Positions 28,760 to 40,527 of a DNA stretch of 64,000 nt are shown piece by piece; position 1 is the stretch's first letter; the number at the start of each line of letters is the position of its first letter. Both the position numbers and the translations under genes were made by a program. The stretch lies in assembly GCA_011605725.1 (NCBI GenBank), contig JAAOZP010000014.1:76141-140140 (forward strand), written 5' to 3'. Under the pieces are notes generated by a model, which saw only the letters and a list, made by a program, of their open reading frames with translations, was not told the origin of the DNA and made no database searches. This DNA is from Nitrososphaerota archaeon. Lineage in GTDB: Archaea; Thermoproteota; EX4484-205; JAAOZP01.

Positions 28760-29833
28760 ATGTCCGAACATACATCATTGTTGGATCTTAGGGCGGCTGC
28801 AAGCCATTATTCAAAAGCTCTGGAATCAGTTGCTCAAGCCAAGAAAAAGCTCGCGGAAGTCGTGATCAAGTACATCATAGCCAATGGGATAGACCTCGGG
28901 AAATGCACAGAACTCTCTATATCTGAGAATCTTGGTCTCCCCAGAAGCACGGTTCGGAGCATCCTGCTCGACCTTGTTGAGGAGAAAGTACTGAAGGTCA
29001 GCGAATATGGTAATACTAAGCCCTACATGCTGAGCGAGATAGGGATTGGGATTGCCCTAGACTGGATGGGCTTGAGTTTCACGAGGGCCGAAGTGAATGC
29101 ACTCTTGGCTTCTAAGGAGGCAGAGGAGCTTAAAGGCATGCTGGTGGGTTCCCCGCTGATATTTAGCGAGGTCAATGGGAAGAGGATCGCTAGGTACCGG
29201 GGATTAGCAGCAGATCAGTGTCTTGGAACACTCATCGGAAGATTCTTTGAATACGTGGAAGAAGGTTTTTATGAGAAGCTCAGAAAGGCTTTCGGCGAAA
29301 AGACCCTGAGGGAATTGGAGCTCCTGAATCCTGAACTAATTGCCTTTGAAAGGCTCGTGGCTCCTCCCCCTATCGGCGAGTGGGCACGTGAAAAGCTTCA
29401 AGAATTAGATGATAATGCTTCTCCTGAAGATATCAGAAAAATCATCGTCGAATCATACGAGAAGAACCTGGAACACGTTATCCGGGAACTTGAAAAATTT
29501 GCCGCTGTCTTGGAAGAAATGGGCTATGAAAGGCTTCATAAACATTTCAAAGGAAAAGCACCGTCTCGCGAGGTCCTGATTAAGGGGAAATCAGTGCCGG
29601 AGTACAGGTTTCACGACGAGTATCTCTGGGCCACAACTTTAGCACTTAGGGAAGGGTGTAAAATAGGGCAGAAGATAGGCGCGAATTCTGAACTCCTCAA
29701 GGAAGCATTGTTATTGGCTGGCGTTCTGGATATGGCCCTTGAGAATAGATACAGGGGAGCTGAAGCTGAAGGGCTTAGTCTAATGGAGTTGGGCACTAGG
29801 CAGTTGTCTCGGGAAACTAGTTCTTCTCCCTAG
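28760..29833 (+). CDS. Hypothetical protein with N-terminal winged HTH
   Basis: ISENLGLPRSTVRSILLDL HTH pattern. Confidence 0.65.
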   Translation: MSEHTSLLDLRAAASHYSKALESVAQAKKKLAEVVIKYIIANGIDLGKCTELSISENLGLPRSTVRSILLDLVEEKVLKVSEYGNTKPYMLSEIGIGIALDWMGLSFTRAEVNALLASKEAEELKGMLVGSPLIFSEVNGKRIARYRGLAADQCLGTLIGRFFEYVEEGFYEKLRKAFGEKTLRELELLNPELIAFERLVAPPPIGEWAREKLQELDDNASPEDIRKIIVESYEKNLEHVIRELEKFAAVLEEMGYERLHKHFKGKAPSREVLIKGKSVPEYRFHDEYLWATTLALREGCKIGQKIGANSELLKEALLLAGVLDMALENRYRGAEAEGLSLMELGTRQLSRETSSSP

Positions 29834-30399
29834 ACGCCATGTTTGCAATAGAAGCCTCAGGGTTATCGCGCGCACTTCGAAGCAGAGGGTCATTCCTAGC
29901 AAGGAGATTAGCCAGGCATCATTGATGCCGCATATTAGTCGTGTTCAATAGCGCTCTCTTGCCACCACTGCCTTCCCGTCGGACTCGCTTTAATTGGCAG
30001 TATTACTTCGACAAGAGCTATGGTACTGATAGGTTTATTAGGCGAAGCCAGATTAGCTTTTACAGGCTGGTTTAAAGTGTCTGCGGCAGAGGAGTTTGTC
30101 GAGAAGTTTCTAAAGGATGCTGCCGGTTTCAAGAATCTGGATTACGTTTCGAAAATGATGTTTCTCTCCTTATTCATAACGCGTAAGGATGATCGTAGCC
30201 GCAGGGGGAGAAAGAGGAGGAATATGTTGAGAAAGGGTTAAGCATAGGCTTAATTCTAAACCTTAACGCTTATGGAGGAATGTTTCTTCTGCTTTGCGAA
30301 TTCTACGAATATACTCGGCTTATAACGTATATGCTTCAGTCGGCTTCGCGTTAAGGATTTGAAGAATGCTTAAATGCGTATTGCATAACCAGTTTATCA

Positions 30400-31395
30400 A
30401 TGGGATTTGAAGAATTGTTGAAACTGATAAGGACGCCTAACAAGGTTTCGAAGCTTGTTCTTTCAGCCTCTTACAAGAAGGGCGAGTTTGACAGCCATCT
30501 TGTTGACTGTCCATTCGTTTTTAAGCATGAGGGATGCTTCTACATGACTTATGTTGGATGGGACTCTATAGGGTATAGAACTGGTTTAGCCTCGTCGAAT
30601 GATCTTATTCATTGGAGAAAAGAGGGAATGATAATAGATCGTGGGCCGAAGGGTTCACCAACCGAGTTCAACGTCGCCTTGACATGGATTCTCCGCGACA
30701 ACGATCTTTTCGGTGAAGGTTGCTTGAAGAAGGTTAACGGGGTTTTTATTGGAACATACCATGCGTACCCTAAACCCGGCTATGAAGCAGGCTCTGCTGT
30801 GATAGGCTTGGCTTACAGTAAGGACTTGCGGCACTGGGTTCTTGACAAGCCTGTTCTCTACCCTGATGAGGGTGGCGACTGGGAACAAGGAGGGCTTTAT
30901 AAGTCCTGCCTGCTCGAACACGAAGGAGTCTACTACATGTTCTATAATGCTAAGAATAGGCCGGAGTGGCCTTGGGTTGAGCAAATAGGCTTAGCCACAT
31001 CCCTGGACTTGAAGAAGTGGAAACGCTTCGAGAAAAACCCTGTGTTAACCATTGGGCGAAAAGGCTCTTTCGACGATGTTTTCGCCAGTGACCCGTGTGT
31101 CCTGAAGCATAATGGGTTTTGGATAATGTTCTACTACGGGCTTTCTAGTGACGGGCATGCTAGGAACAGTGTAGCTTTTTCCCGTGACCTTTTTAAATGG
31201 GAGAAGTCGGGGGAGATTCTTATAGACGTCGGCCCTAGGGGTGCTGTTGACGAGCTTTACGCTCATAAGCCAAGCGTCATTTTTCGGAATGGGAAACTGT
31301 ATCATTTCTACTGCGCGGTGACTCCGGCGGAAAACAGGAGAATGGGCGAGATAGAGTATCACGAGATCAGGGGGATAACAGTTGCAACATCATGA
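30400..31395 (+). CDS. Five-bladed beta-propeller glycosidase (GH43/GH130/GH32 clan-like)
   Basis: Repeated GLA.S.DL..W.K blades; SDPCV. Confidence 0.75.
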   Translation: MGFEELLKLIRTPNKVSKLVLSASYKKGEFDSHLVDCPFVFKHEGCFYMTYVGWDSIGYRTGLASSNDLIHWRKEGMIIDRGPKGSPTEFNVALTWILRDNDLFGEGCLKKVNGVFIGTYHAYPKPGYEAGSAVIGLAYSKDLRHWVLDKPVLYPDEGGDWEQGGLYKSCLLEHEGVYYMFYNAKNRPEWPWVEQIGLATSLDLKKWKRFEKNPVLTIGRKGSFDDVFASDPCVLKHNGFWIMFYYGLSSDGHARNSVAFSRDLFKWEKSGEILIDVGPRGAVDELYAHKPSVIFRNGKLYHFYCAVTPAENRRMGEIEYHEIRGITVATS

Positions 31396-31467
31396 AGTGT
31401 TTGAAGCCTAATGTTCTGCTAAACAGTTTAACAATAATCGTGAATACTGTTGAGAACCTGTTCTGTT

Positions 31468-32394
31468 TTACTTTTTCTTCAACACTGACCTGCATGCTGC
31501 AAGGGTTAGGACCCATCCTGCGAGCCCAGCTATTACGGCAAGCAGGCTAAGCGCCAGGCTTAGCAGAAGGTTTATAGTGAACATGGCTGCGGCCAGTGAA
31601 AAACCTGGTTTTTCAAGCTTTCTACCGAGTTTGAAAAGCCCGGACACCAGTCCTGTTTGCCCCACGGCTAGTAGAGCAACCCCAGTCCAGAACAGTATTA
31701 CTGGGATCGTTGAAACGGGTTTCCTGCTTGAAACCTCCATGGCGAACATTGCTACGGCTATCAGGAGAAACGCGGGTCCGGTGCAGCTGATTTCAACAAG
31801 CGTTGAGGAGGCTCTGAAAGACGCATCATGCCTCTTAAGATATTCGAACGCTGGGAGAAGAAGGCCGTATTCTAATGCAAGAATCAATAACCCTCCGCCG
31901 ACAGCCAGCAGGAAGAGCATGAGTATTGGTGCCGCGAGCAGAGAGTATTCTCCGAGAATGGTTTGAAGCATGAACCAGAGGCTTAGAGCCATGGTTATAG
32001 ACTCGCTGGAAACGTTGAAACCGATAAGGGTCGTGAAGCCGGCGACGGACATTAGGATTACTGTGCCGGCAAGAGGGGAGCCGACGACGTAAAGAGGAAG
32101 CATCCAGCCAAGCCTCTTAAGACCATTAGTAAGGTTCTCGTCAAGAATACTTTCTCCAGGCCTCCTGGTAATGTTTGCTAGGAAGCTCTCCGCCGACTCT
32201 GCCGGCTTGCTCACTGGCCCCGGTGTTTCAAGCCTAGTTAGAATAGCCCTAGGCTTTTTAAGGGAGATGCAGTCATGCACCTCCGGATCCATATGTTTTT
32301 CGCAAAAAACCCACTCGCACAGTGGGCAGGGCTTGCAGTCCTCACCCATCCTGCCGCAGACATGACAGCGTTGCGACATATCCCATAATGGCAA
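31468..32394 (-). CDS. AN1-type zinc finger fused to a DUF973-like membrane domain
   Basis: CHVC...CPLC...FCEKH..PEVHDC followed by several TM segments. Confidence 0.65.
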   Translation of the reverse strand: MPLWDMSQRCHVCGRMGEDCKPCPLCEWVFCEKHMDPEVHDCISLKKPRAILTRLETPGPVSKPAESAESFLANITRRPGESILDENLTNGLKRLGWMLPLYVVGSPLAGTVILMSVAGFTTLIGFNVSSESITMALSLWFMLQTILGEYSLLAAPILMLFLLAVGGGLLILALEYGLLLPAFEYLKRHDASFRASSTLVEISCTGPAFLLIAVAMFAMEVSSRKPVSTIPVILFWTGVALLAVGQTGLVSGLFKLGRKLEKPGFSLAAAMFTINLLLSLALSLLAVIAGLAGWVLTLAACRSVLKKK

Positions 32395-32596
32395 TGTTTC
32401 AGGATAAAAATGTTTTCTTATGGGGGAATTCTTGAATATTAGTGCGCTTAAAAATATATTAAACGAAGTGTTATGTGAAGCTTAACAAGGATGGTGAAGA
32501 AAGGTTTAACCGTCTTAACGTATCGACGGGAAAGGAGATAGGCGTTTCTTATTGGGTAGGGAATCCAGGAATAAAGAGTCGCGCGAAGTATTAAAA

Positions 32597-34006
32597 CTAT
32601 AGTTCGGCAAACCGTATTTTTTCATAGCTTGCTGCACCCTCCGTTACGAAAAGGCCTGCTGGCTTATCGTGAAGCCCGTAGGCCCGGCAGGATAGTGCAA
32701 CACGTCCACCGATGAAGGCTTCCACAATACTGTCGTCAACAAAAATTAGGAGTGACACTGGTTTACCGGGTGTTAGAAACAACGGGCACTCGGCGAGAGG
32801 CGGCGCGTCACCCGCTCTTGGGAAACGGTTGAACACTACCCTGTTCCCAGCGGGCTCAAGCTCCAGCATATATCCGGAGGAGAAGTCTAAACTGGTTCCG
32901 ACGAGTAGTCCGAAGGAGCGGGTACCCGGTTTAAAGGAGAATACGCCTTCCAGCGCGAAACTGTTTTTCAGGCAGGGTATGGTGGCGTAGGCAAACCCGT
33001 CTAACCGTTCCCCGTACGCATTGTTCCCGTGAAACCTCCATCCGCCAAGCCTGCCTAAGACGTTTCCCCGAGCATCTAGGTCTTTAAACTGAAATGCGCT
33101 CACAACTTCCTCTGGACAATGCGCGGAGAGGCTTCCATCAGCTTCAGCTCTCAACTCATGGGGAACAGCCAGATGCCCACCCCACTGCCATTTACCCTCG
33201 TCGCTTTCATTCTCTCTGGTCGGGATCCATCCGAATAGGATTCTTCTCCCCCCGTTTCCAGCTGTCTTCGCAGCGTAGAAACGCTGCCCGTTGAAAACAT
33301 CCGGCACCGTTACGCGCCAAGGACCCTTTAAATCGTCAGCCACACGGTAATGCGTTTGAAGCTTCTCAGTGAACTCTGAGAAAACCAGGTACCAGTGTCC
33401 ATCCATCTTGAATAAGTCTGGACACTCCATGGGGCCGCAAATATTCGGCGCGTAGAAAGGCGGTTGACACTCCCATTCCTCCAGGTCGCGGGATTTGGCA
33501 AGCCCGATGCATCCCCGCTTCGCCGCAGGCCCTTCTCTAGTGGTTGCGCAAACAAGCATGAAGTATAGTTCCTCCTCAGGGTTCCAGAACACGAACGGGT
33601 CTCTCCAGTCAGCCTCCCCATACCAGCGTTCATCAGGCACTGAAACCGGGTTATGCTCGTCCTTAACCCATTTCACAAGGTCATTGCTGACAGCGTGGCA
33701 AATCGTCTGCGGGAAACGGTTGCTCGGGTTCCACCCGGTGTAAAACGCGTGGAAAACACCATTCCTCTCCACCACGGATCCAGTCCAGCATCCCCCGCTG
33801 TCGGGAGCATCTTTCTCACCGGGCAGGATAGCGTCAGGCATCTCTATCCAATGCAATAAGTCTTTTGAAACAATGTGCGACCAGACGAGGCGGTCGCCAG
33901 TTTTCCGCGTCGTCTTCAGATAGAAAACATGATAGCTGTCCTTCCAGTAGAAGGGTATGGCGTCGCCGAAAAACCCGTCGGCAGGCTTATAGTGAACATG
34001 CTTCAT
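32597..34006 (-). CDS. GH32-family glycoside hydrolase (beta-fructofuranosidase-like)
   Basis: GDAIP, WTGS, WRDP, MECPD and FYAAKT motifs; start at MKHVHY inferred. Confidence 0.88.
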   Translation of the reverse strand: MKHVHYKPADGFFGDAIPFYWKDSYHVFYLKTTRKTGDRLVWSHIVSKDLLHWIEMPDAILPGEKDAPDSGGCWTGSVVERNGVFHAFYTGWNPSNRFPQTICHAVSNDLVKWVKDEHNPVSVPDERWYGEADWRDPFVFWNPEEELYFMLVCATTREGPAAKRGCIGLAKSRDLEEWECQPPFYAPNICGPMECPDLFKMDGHWYLVFSEFTEKLQTHYRVADDLKGPWRVTVPDVFNGQRFYAAKTAGNGGRRILFGWIPTRENESDEGKWQWGGHLAVPHELRAEADGSLSAHCPEEVVSAFQFKDLDARGNVLGRLGGWRFHGNNAYGERLDGFAYATIPCLKNSFALEGVFSFKPGTRSFGLLVGTSLDFSSGYMLELEPAGNRVVFNRFPRAGDAPPLAECPLFLTPGKPVSLLIFVDDSIVEAFIGGRVALSCRAYGLHDKPAGLFVTEGAASYEKIRFAEL

Positions 34007-34212
34007 ACTGCCGCCACCAGCCGTAGAAGAAACGTTTGACTCATATAAGTCTTGCAACAGGTCATCCAACTATCCTGACTCTTCTGAGAACCAGGGAGAT
34101 TTTCAGGTCGATAAGACTATTCAAGACTGCGCGCGCAAACAGACATAGCTATAATAGAGACAAATTTTTAGTCTGCTTCAATGCTTATATTCCGCTGCGA
34201 GGTTGCATCATC

Positions 34213-34746
34213 ATGGTTAGCGAAACAACCATAGTATGGTTGCTCAGAATCCTAACGATCACGGTGGTTTTAATACCTATAGTTGTCAACTATTTCGCTT
34301 CAGAGTCGCTGCAGGATTTCATAGTGCCGGATTTAACCATTCCCTTAAGCTCAACTCTTAACATTCCCCATTCTCTCCAAGTATACTCTATTGATTACAG
34401 CATTGCGGGGGACGAGTGTCTGTTAAACCTAGGATTATTCAATGCGGGAAGCATCGGAATCGGTTTGAAAGAGCTTGACTGCAGGATAACAGTGGCCTCG
34501 ATGAACATGAGTATTAGTGGGAGACTTGTGCTTCAATCACCGTTCATCGTGAAGCCAGCAGGCAGGGAAAGAGTAAGCCTCTCTCTGAGTGTGGAGAACG
34601 GTATTGTTGAGGATTTTCTCAGGCTACTCTCCCAAGAGTCTCAGGCAAGCCTCTTTGGAGAAGCCACTGTACTGCTGGATTCAGCTGAGCTTCCCATAAG
34701 CCTGGAGATAACAAGCCTTTCAACAGGCTTCCTTCCCCCAGGGTGA
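34213..34746 (+). CDS. Membrane-anchored hypothetical protein (LEA-2-like)
   Basis: N-terminal TM helix followed by a beta-rich domain. Confidence 0.55.
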   Translation: MVSETTIVWLLRILTITVVLIPIVVNYFASESLQDFIVPDLTIPLSSTLNIPHSLQVYSIDYSIAGDECLLNLGLFNAGSIGIGLKELDCRITVASMNMSISGRLVLQSPFIVKPAGRERVSLSLSVENGIVEDFLRLLSQESQASLFGEATVLLDSAELPISLEITSLSTGFLPPG

Positions 34747-34752
34747 TCATGC

Positions 34753-35490
34753 TTGGAGAAGTTTAGAATACTCTATTTTATCAGCGGCATCTTGTTTCTG
34801 GCGGTGTCTGCAGCCGGAGGCTCCTGGTGGGAGCTTGTCGCAGGAGAAGCCTCTAAACCAGTTCTATACGTTGGGCTCTCGCCTTTCGAATTTAGGGTTG
34901 AGCTTCTCGGAGCACGAGCTGTCAACCCGTCTCCACTCATGAATGCTTTTTTCACTTCAGAAAGACTCCTCGCCCTCCTTGGGTCGGCTACGGTGATCAT
35001 TGGCTCACTGCTCCCGGGGAAACCCTGGTCCCGGAGGCTTCTTAACCTCAGGCCTTTAACGATGCCCGTGTTCTTCGGAATCCTGACTATTGCTTTAACC
35101 ACGGTCCTAGCAACCTTTGTCCAAAGCTTCGCACCCTCCGTAGCCCAGGCTCTTCCAAACCTAGCCGAGGCTTTAACGCCTTATTCAGGCAAATACTTAA
35201 CCATCAACCTGTATCCGTTTACTGGTGTCAACGGCTCTGTGAAAATCAGCACAGAATCTAGGTTCACTGTCCAGTTTTGGACTGCCCTGGTTTCAGGCGT
35301 ATTCTGTCTAGCAGGCTGGGTACTGGGTGGGAAAAAAGACTTGAGCCAAGCCTTGCCTCCACAGCCTGAGCCCAGCGGGGCTCCGAATAAAGTTGAAAAC
35401 CCTTCTAGCCTGCCAGCCCAGGAGCGGGAGGCTATTAGAGTAAAGGTGGAAACGCAGTTAGCAAGCGTACGCGGCATTAAAAATCCTTAA
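34753..35490 (+). CDS. Hypothetical membrane protein
   Basis: GGTGA SD; about 4 TM segments. Confidence 0.65.
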   Translation: MEKFRILYFISGILFLAVSAAGGSWWELVAGEASKPVLYVGLSPFEFRVELLGARAVNPSPLMNAFFTSERLLALLGSATVIIGSLLPGKPWSRRLLNLRPLTMPVFFGILTIALTTVLATFVQSFAPSVAQALPNLAEALTPYSGKYLTINLYPFTGVNGSVKISTESRFTVQFWTALVSGVFCLAGWVLGGKKDLSQALPPQPEPSGAPNKVENPSSLPAQEREAIRVKVETQLASVRGIKNP

Positions 35491-35523
35491 AGCTTTTAAA
35501 ACTCTTTTTAATCGTTAAGCCGA

Positions 35524-36003
35524 ATGTCTTTGAGACTAGACCCTGATAGTGCCCTCAACTGTTTGCCGCAGCCCCTTGTAATAGTTACTGCAGGAGACTT
35601 TGAGAAACCGGGTCAGAGAGGAGGAATGACTGCAGCATGGGTCAGCAGGGTGTCAATGAGCCCCCCGTTAATAATGGTTTCAATCGCCCCGTCAAGATAC
35701 ACTTTAGAGCTAATAAGGAGAAACGGGGAGTTCGCAGTCAACATTGTCGGGGAAACGCTTGAGAAGACTGCTTACGGCATATTCGGCTCCAGGACCGGCA
35801 GGGGGATAGATAAGATTGCTGAAAGCAGGGTTAAAGCTAGGAGAGGCGAGAAAACAGTGGTCCCGCTACTTGAGGAAGCAACCGTAGCGTTAGAGTGTAA
35901 GCTTGTGAAGACAGTGGAAGCAGGAGACCATGTTCTAGTAATAGGCGAGGTAGTGAACGCTTTAAAGTTCAGCGAGGAGCAGCCGATCGTCTTCACCCCC
36001 TAG
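35524..36003 (+). CDS. Flavin reductase family protein
   Basis: GGMTAAW, PPL, GDH motifs. Confidence 0.9.
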   Translation: MSLRLDPDSALNCLPQPLVIVTAGDFEKPGQRGGMTAAWVSRVSMSPPLIMVSIAPSRYTLELIRRNGEFAVNIVGETLEKTAYGIFGSRTGRGIDKIAESRVKARRGEKTVVPLLEEATVALECKLVKTVEAGDHVLVIGEVVNALKFSEEQPIVFTP

Positions 36004-36083
36004 TCTAAGCATGTGATAAGGCCTGTGTCAAAAGCTTTTTGAAGCACCCTAAATTTATAAGCGTGTTTCGCCTGCTGAACAGC

Positions 36084-36751
36084 GTGCTGAAAATAGGCCA
36101 CAGGGGTGCGAAATTCTACGAGCCGGAGAACACGCTGCGAAGCTTCAGGAAAGCATTGGAGCTTGGCGCGAATGCTGTTGAACTGGACGTTAGAAGAACA
36201 AGGGAGGTGAACTAGTGGTCATTCATGATGCTGAGGTTGACAGGACTACGAACGGGAAGGGGCTGGTGAGCGGGCTCACGCTGGAAGAGATAAGGAGCCT
36301 CGACGCTGGGAAAGGGGAGAAGATACCTACTTTAGAGGAAGTGCTCGACTTCCTGGATAATAGGGTGAAGATACTGATAGAGCTTAAGGAGGCCGGTGTC
36401 GAGGAGAAAGTGTTGAAGCTTGTTCATGAAAAAGGGTTGGAGAAAAACGTGATAATAATATCTTTCCTGGAGGATGCGTTAAGAAGGGTTAGGGAGCTTG
36501 ACAAGGATGTTGAAACCGGGTTTATTTTCGTGAAGCACAATGACCCGGTGAAAACCGCCGTGGAGTTGAAGGCGAACTACCTGTTGCCACTGTACCGTTT
36601 CACACATTCCGATTTAATCAGAAAGTCGCATGAAAACGGTTTGAAAGTGATAGTTTGGACGGTGAATGACGAGAAGGAGGCTTCAGAGTATGCGGGGAAA
36701 AGAGTTGACGGCATAACTAGCGATAAACCTGACATTCTTAAAGCATTATAG
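36084..36751 (+). pseudogene. Glycerophosphodiester phosphodiesterase, frameshifted near 36205
   Basis: GTG 36084 frame gives IGHRGA..YEPENTL...ELDVRRT; one added base restores GELVVIHD in the 36215 ORF. Confidence 0.85.
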
Positions 36752-36789
36752 GCGTCAGCGGAAGACTGGGTTTAGACAGGCTAGAGGGT

Positions 36790-37083
36790 TCATGCCTGAC
36801 TAATGGGAAGAAGCTTCTCCACTCCCTCCACGAAACTGCTAGTCTCTATTCCAAACTCGTCAGCCATTTCTGAAACTATTAGCCTCTCTATGACTCTGGC
36901 TCCTGGACCATATATTTTCTCCAGGCCAGTGATGAATTCTCCCGGCTTATCAGGTATCTCCTCCCTCTTCAACCCTTGCTCGTTCTCAAGATACCAGTAT
37001 AAGACTCGTTTAACAGTCTCCCCTAAACAGCGTAAACCATTATCCACGCATTTCAAAACCCTATCCCTAGGGGTTTCCATCAT
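36790..37083 (-). CDS. Small DUF3227-like protein
   Basis: LGE...Y.LE...REEIP.KP.EF..GLEKI.G.GA.VIE pattern. Confidence 0.65.
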   Translation of the reverse strand: MMETPRDRVLKCVDNGLRCLGETVKRVLYWYLENEQGLKREEIPDKPGEFITGLEKIYGPGARVIERLIVSEMADEFGIETSSFVEGVEKLLPISQA

Positions 37084-37276
37084 TTTTCAAGCTCACCTCT
37101 AAACCGTTTAAGGGAGAAACTCCTGCAGCCCGGGCCTCCGTCGCCAACGGCTAAGCCTAAAGCTTTAAGGTGCTTTAAAACATTAACCCTCGAGTTGGAT
37201 TCGGGAAATCTTCAACCATGCTTTCCAAAACCTGTCGATATTGAAGCCTCTCCGGCTTAGGAGGCTGGCGTGCGCT

Positions 37277-37951
37277 TCACCAGAAGCTTTTCTTCTTAGC
37301 CTGCATCTGCTCCATTATCCTTGCGACAAGACTGCTGAGAACATATGAGATGCCGAGGGCGAATCCGCCGAAATATGTTAATCCGGACCCGCCGAGCAGA
37401 TTATCCTTATAGTTATTCCACCAGTTCCAGAACACGTGTAGAGACATGGGGAGAAAAATATTCTTATAGCGAACCTGGCATAATGCTGCAACCACGCCGA
37501 ACAAAAGGGGCCAGAGAAAGCCGCCGAGCCCGTAGTGGAAGAAGTGCGTTAGGGCAAAAACTAGGCTGCTTACTGATATCGCCATGTGAGGATTTATCTC
37601 TGCCAGAGTGGAGAGGAGAAGCCCCCTGAAGAACCATTCTTCCAGAATTGGAAGGATAAGTATTCCGCAGGCGGGTGTGAAGGGGTCTAGGAGGAAAACC
37701 GTCGGTATGACGAAAAGCGCTGTAGCCAGGAACGTAAGCTGCTCCCCGCTCATGCTTCGCCGGAAACCGTTTAAATCCTTTACCTGGCTGCTCATTAGAA
37801 GAAGGGGGACTGCTGAAGAGAAGAGGATGATTAGCGTGAGCTCTAGGACTCGCTGCTCAAAATACTGGGTGACTCCGACAGTCTGCAGAATGAGAATCCA
37901 GAAAACGAACAGGTTGGTGACGCTGGCCAGAACCCTCCAGTGTTTGAACAC
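37277..37951 (-). CDS. CPBP (CAAX/Abi) intramembrane metalloprotease
   Basis: EEWFFRG, FALTH, LHVFWN. Confidence 0.88.
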   Translation of the reverse strand: MFKHWRVLASVTNLFVFWILILQTVGVTQYFEQRVLELTLIILFSSAVPLLLMSSQVKDLNGFRRSMSGEQLTFLATALFVIPTVFLLDPFTPACGILILPILEEWFFRGLLLSTLAEINPHMAISVSSLVFALTHFFHYGLGGFLWPLLFGVVAALCQVRYKNIFLPMSLHVFWNWWNNYKDNLLGGSGLTYFGGFALGISYVLSSLVARIMEQMQAKKKSFW

Positions 37952-38135
37952 CAGGGGTCACAGGTAGTAAACCGCCTCCGAGTAATTATGCTTTGCTAAA
38001 CCTGTTTTAACCCGGACTAGACTATGCTTCCCTAAGCATGTTTAGACACTGTTTTTAAGCAGCCGGGAAACCTGGTTCTCTGGGAAAGAGTACTGCAAGT
38101 ATTTAAAAAGCAGTGCGTGTTTTCTCTACAAGGCT

Positions 38136-38462
38136 TTGAACGAGCAGAAGCCCCCGGTATGGATAATGATCGTTTCACTCCTGATGCTTTTAATAAGCAG
38201 TGCTTGGACGATGGCAGCAGTATTTTCAGTCAGCATTAATAGAACCTTGGCCTCGATAATGCTGGCTACAGCAACAGCCTCGAACATAAGCTTCCTTCTA
38301 GCAATGCTTACTGCAATACTGCTGTACTCCGGGTTGGAGAAAGGAGGAAGGCTTAGACTAATCATGGTTAGCCTCTTCGCAATCGGAATAGTCAGCCTCG
38401 TCTACACAGTAGTGCTCTTCCTGCTCGCCTTCTTAACAAGGTATCCGCTGCTACCGGATTAG
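38136..38462 (+). CDS. Small membrane protein
   Basis: Three hydrophobic segments. Confidence 0.55.
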   Translation: MNEQKPPVWIMIVSLLMLLISSAWTMAAVFSVSINRTLASIMLATATASNISFLLAMLTAILLYSGLEKGGRLRLIMVSLFAIGIVSLVYTVVLFLLAFLTRYPLLPD

Positions 38463-38472
38463 CGTTACGCGA

Positions 38473-40459
38473 CTATTTCAGGTTCACAACCACCCATTCA
38501 ACATCGTCGACAACCGAAATCTTCAAAACAACTCCGCTTCCGAAGGCTTCAACCTGAACATCCGCCCCCCTGCAGGCCCTTGCAGAAACAATCTGCTCAA
38601 CCGGTACTCTCAAATAAACCTCAACATCCCGGGCTGCAGAAGGATTGTAAAGAGTCGAACCCTTCATAATGTTCACCAAGCATATTGAAACCTTTTTCCC
38701 ACCTCCTCTAATCGTCAAGTCTAGAAAGTGGTCAGATTTAACGTATGCTAATGGTTCCTTCAGAACCCAGAGAGAAGCATTCTTATACAGCTTGCCATAC
38801 TCATCCTTAAGATAACTGGTTCCCTCAGTCACCAGCCAAGAGAAATGTATAACCCTGCCCCTACCAGGCGTGTTAGCAGTTAGAAGAGCCTTCTCCGGGA
38901 AACTGGTCTTTATCAGGATGCTGGAGGAAAGGGGCTTAACGTTAGCCCTCATCTCCCCAACAGGATAGGCCTCCTGCGAGACGGCTCGCCTGAACGCTTC
39001 CACTGCAGGATGGCTTGGCGTAACGATTCTGGCTGTTTCAACCAGCAGCGGCGGCTCCTCGTAAACGTTTCCAAGAATATTAGTCAGCAAGGGCATCTTT
39101 ACACACTTGTTCCCCTCAGTTGCAGCGTAGAGTCCAGACTGGAAGAAAGCGAGGAGGCCTAACCCGTTTTCAGAAACCAGTTTCCCAATCTCCTCCGCCT
39201 CTTTCAGGGTTAAGGCTTCAAGGCCTGTGAGAACTATTCCCGACCCGCTTTCTCCAGGCATCCCAACAGCTATCGGAACCCCTATCCCCATGAAGGTTTG
39301 AAACATTTCTCTGAAACTATCAGTATACTCCACGCCTTCCAGCAGGCCTCTTGTCCTCACGGTGAGCATGGAATACGGGGCAACCAGGGGCTTAATCCTG
39401 GCTTCAGACAGGCTATGCTCCATTTTTTCAACGAATTCAAAGGCCTGGCTTAAAGCCGCCCAGTGATGCGGCCTATCATGGCTTTCAACACCGGGCGGAG
39501 AGCCTCCGAACTCTATCACCCCGTCAGCCCCATGGGCTAAAGCCTCGTACACGTTAAGCTTAAGCATCTGGCCTGTTCTAAGCCTGTAGCTGGCTAACCC
39601 AACCCAGATTTTAGCTCTTTTCGTCAAAGCCTTCATGTATTCGGCGACAACACCCGGCCACGTGGAGCCGTAAAGCTCCGCGTAGTATGAACCTGGCATT
39701 ATGAAGTCAACTATTTCAGAGAGTTTTTCAAAGTCCTGACCAAGGTTGAACAGGTTTACCTCCGGATAGGAATGGTTAACAGTGTAAACGCCAAGGAACG
39801 CCGGGGTTTATTTTCTTCACCTCGTCTCTCACTTCCCTAACTATTGAAGTTATCCTCTCAGCCCTCCAGAAAGTTATCATCTGCCTAACAGGGTTCTTCG
39901 GGTTCACCGTGTCCCTGAGGCTTAAGCCTTCCACGCTAATCCCGTCTCGAAGCATTTCTTTCCTGCAGTATTCACAATAACAGTAGCCCGGCCCTCCGTA
40001 TCTTATGTAGTCCAGCATGATTCCGTGAACACCCAGCTCAGCAAGCTTACGACAGATCTCTACGAGTTTCCCACGTCTCTCAGGCCTGACTGGACACCAC
40101 ATGACGCTCTCGACTTCTCCGGTTAACGGGTTAACCCACTCGCTTCTACCACCCTCAATGTTCTCCTCAACATGATACTCCGGAAACGGAATCCCGATCT
40201 TCTCAACCGATTTCTCCCCTTCGAACGATACCACCATAACAACCATTTTTAGACCATTTTTTTCAAACACCCTTATCGACTCGCTCAGCCTATCCTGTGG
40301 AATGAAATCATTCACAACACAGGCGTTCAGAACACCGTTGCAGTGAGCATTCTTCATCGCATTAGCCGCTTGGTTGAAGTCTTCAAGCGAGAGAAAGTCT
40401 TGAATATGCATCACGCCAAACCTGGCTTGAAACCCTTCCCACCAGTTGAAGCCGGGCAA
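38473..40459 (-). pseudogene. TIM-barrel glycoside hydrolase-like protein (GHL10/GH42-like) split by a frameshift near 39795
   Basis: GIMLDYIRY, CYCEYC, W; after INPGV the alternate frame reads LGVYTV...GQDFEKLSEIVDFIMPGSY into the 39699 ORF. Confidence 0.7.
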
Positions 40460-40527
40460 AGAGTCGGAGCGTAAAGCCTAAGCAGCATTTAAGCGTTTCT
40501 AAAAAACCGGCATGCTCATCCAGTGTT

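Noticed and set aside
29935-30241. Short ORFs between the wHTH gene and the glycosidase
   Set aside because: No recognisable motif; probably decayed gene remnants.
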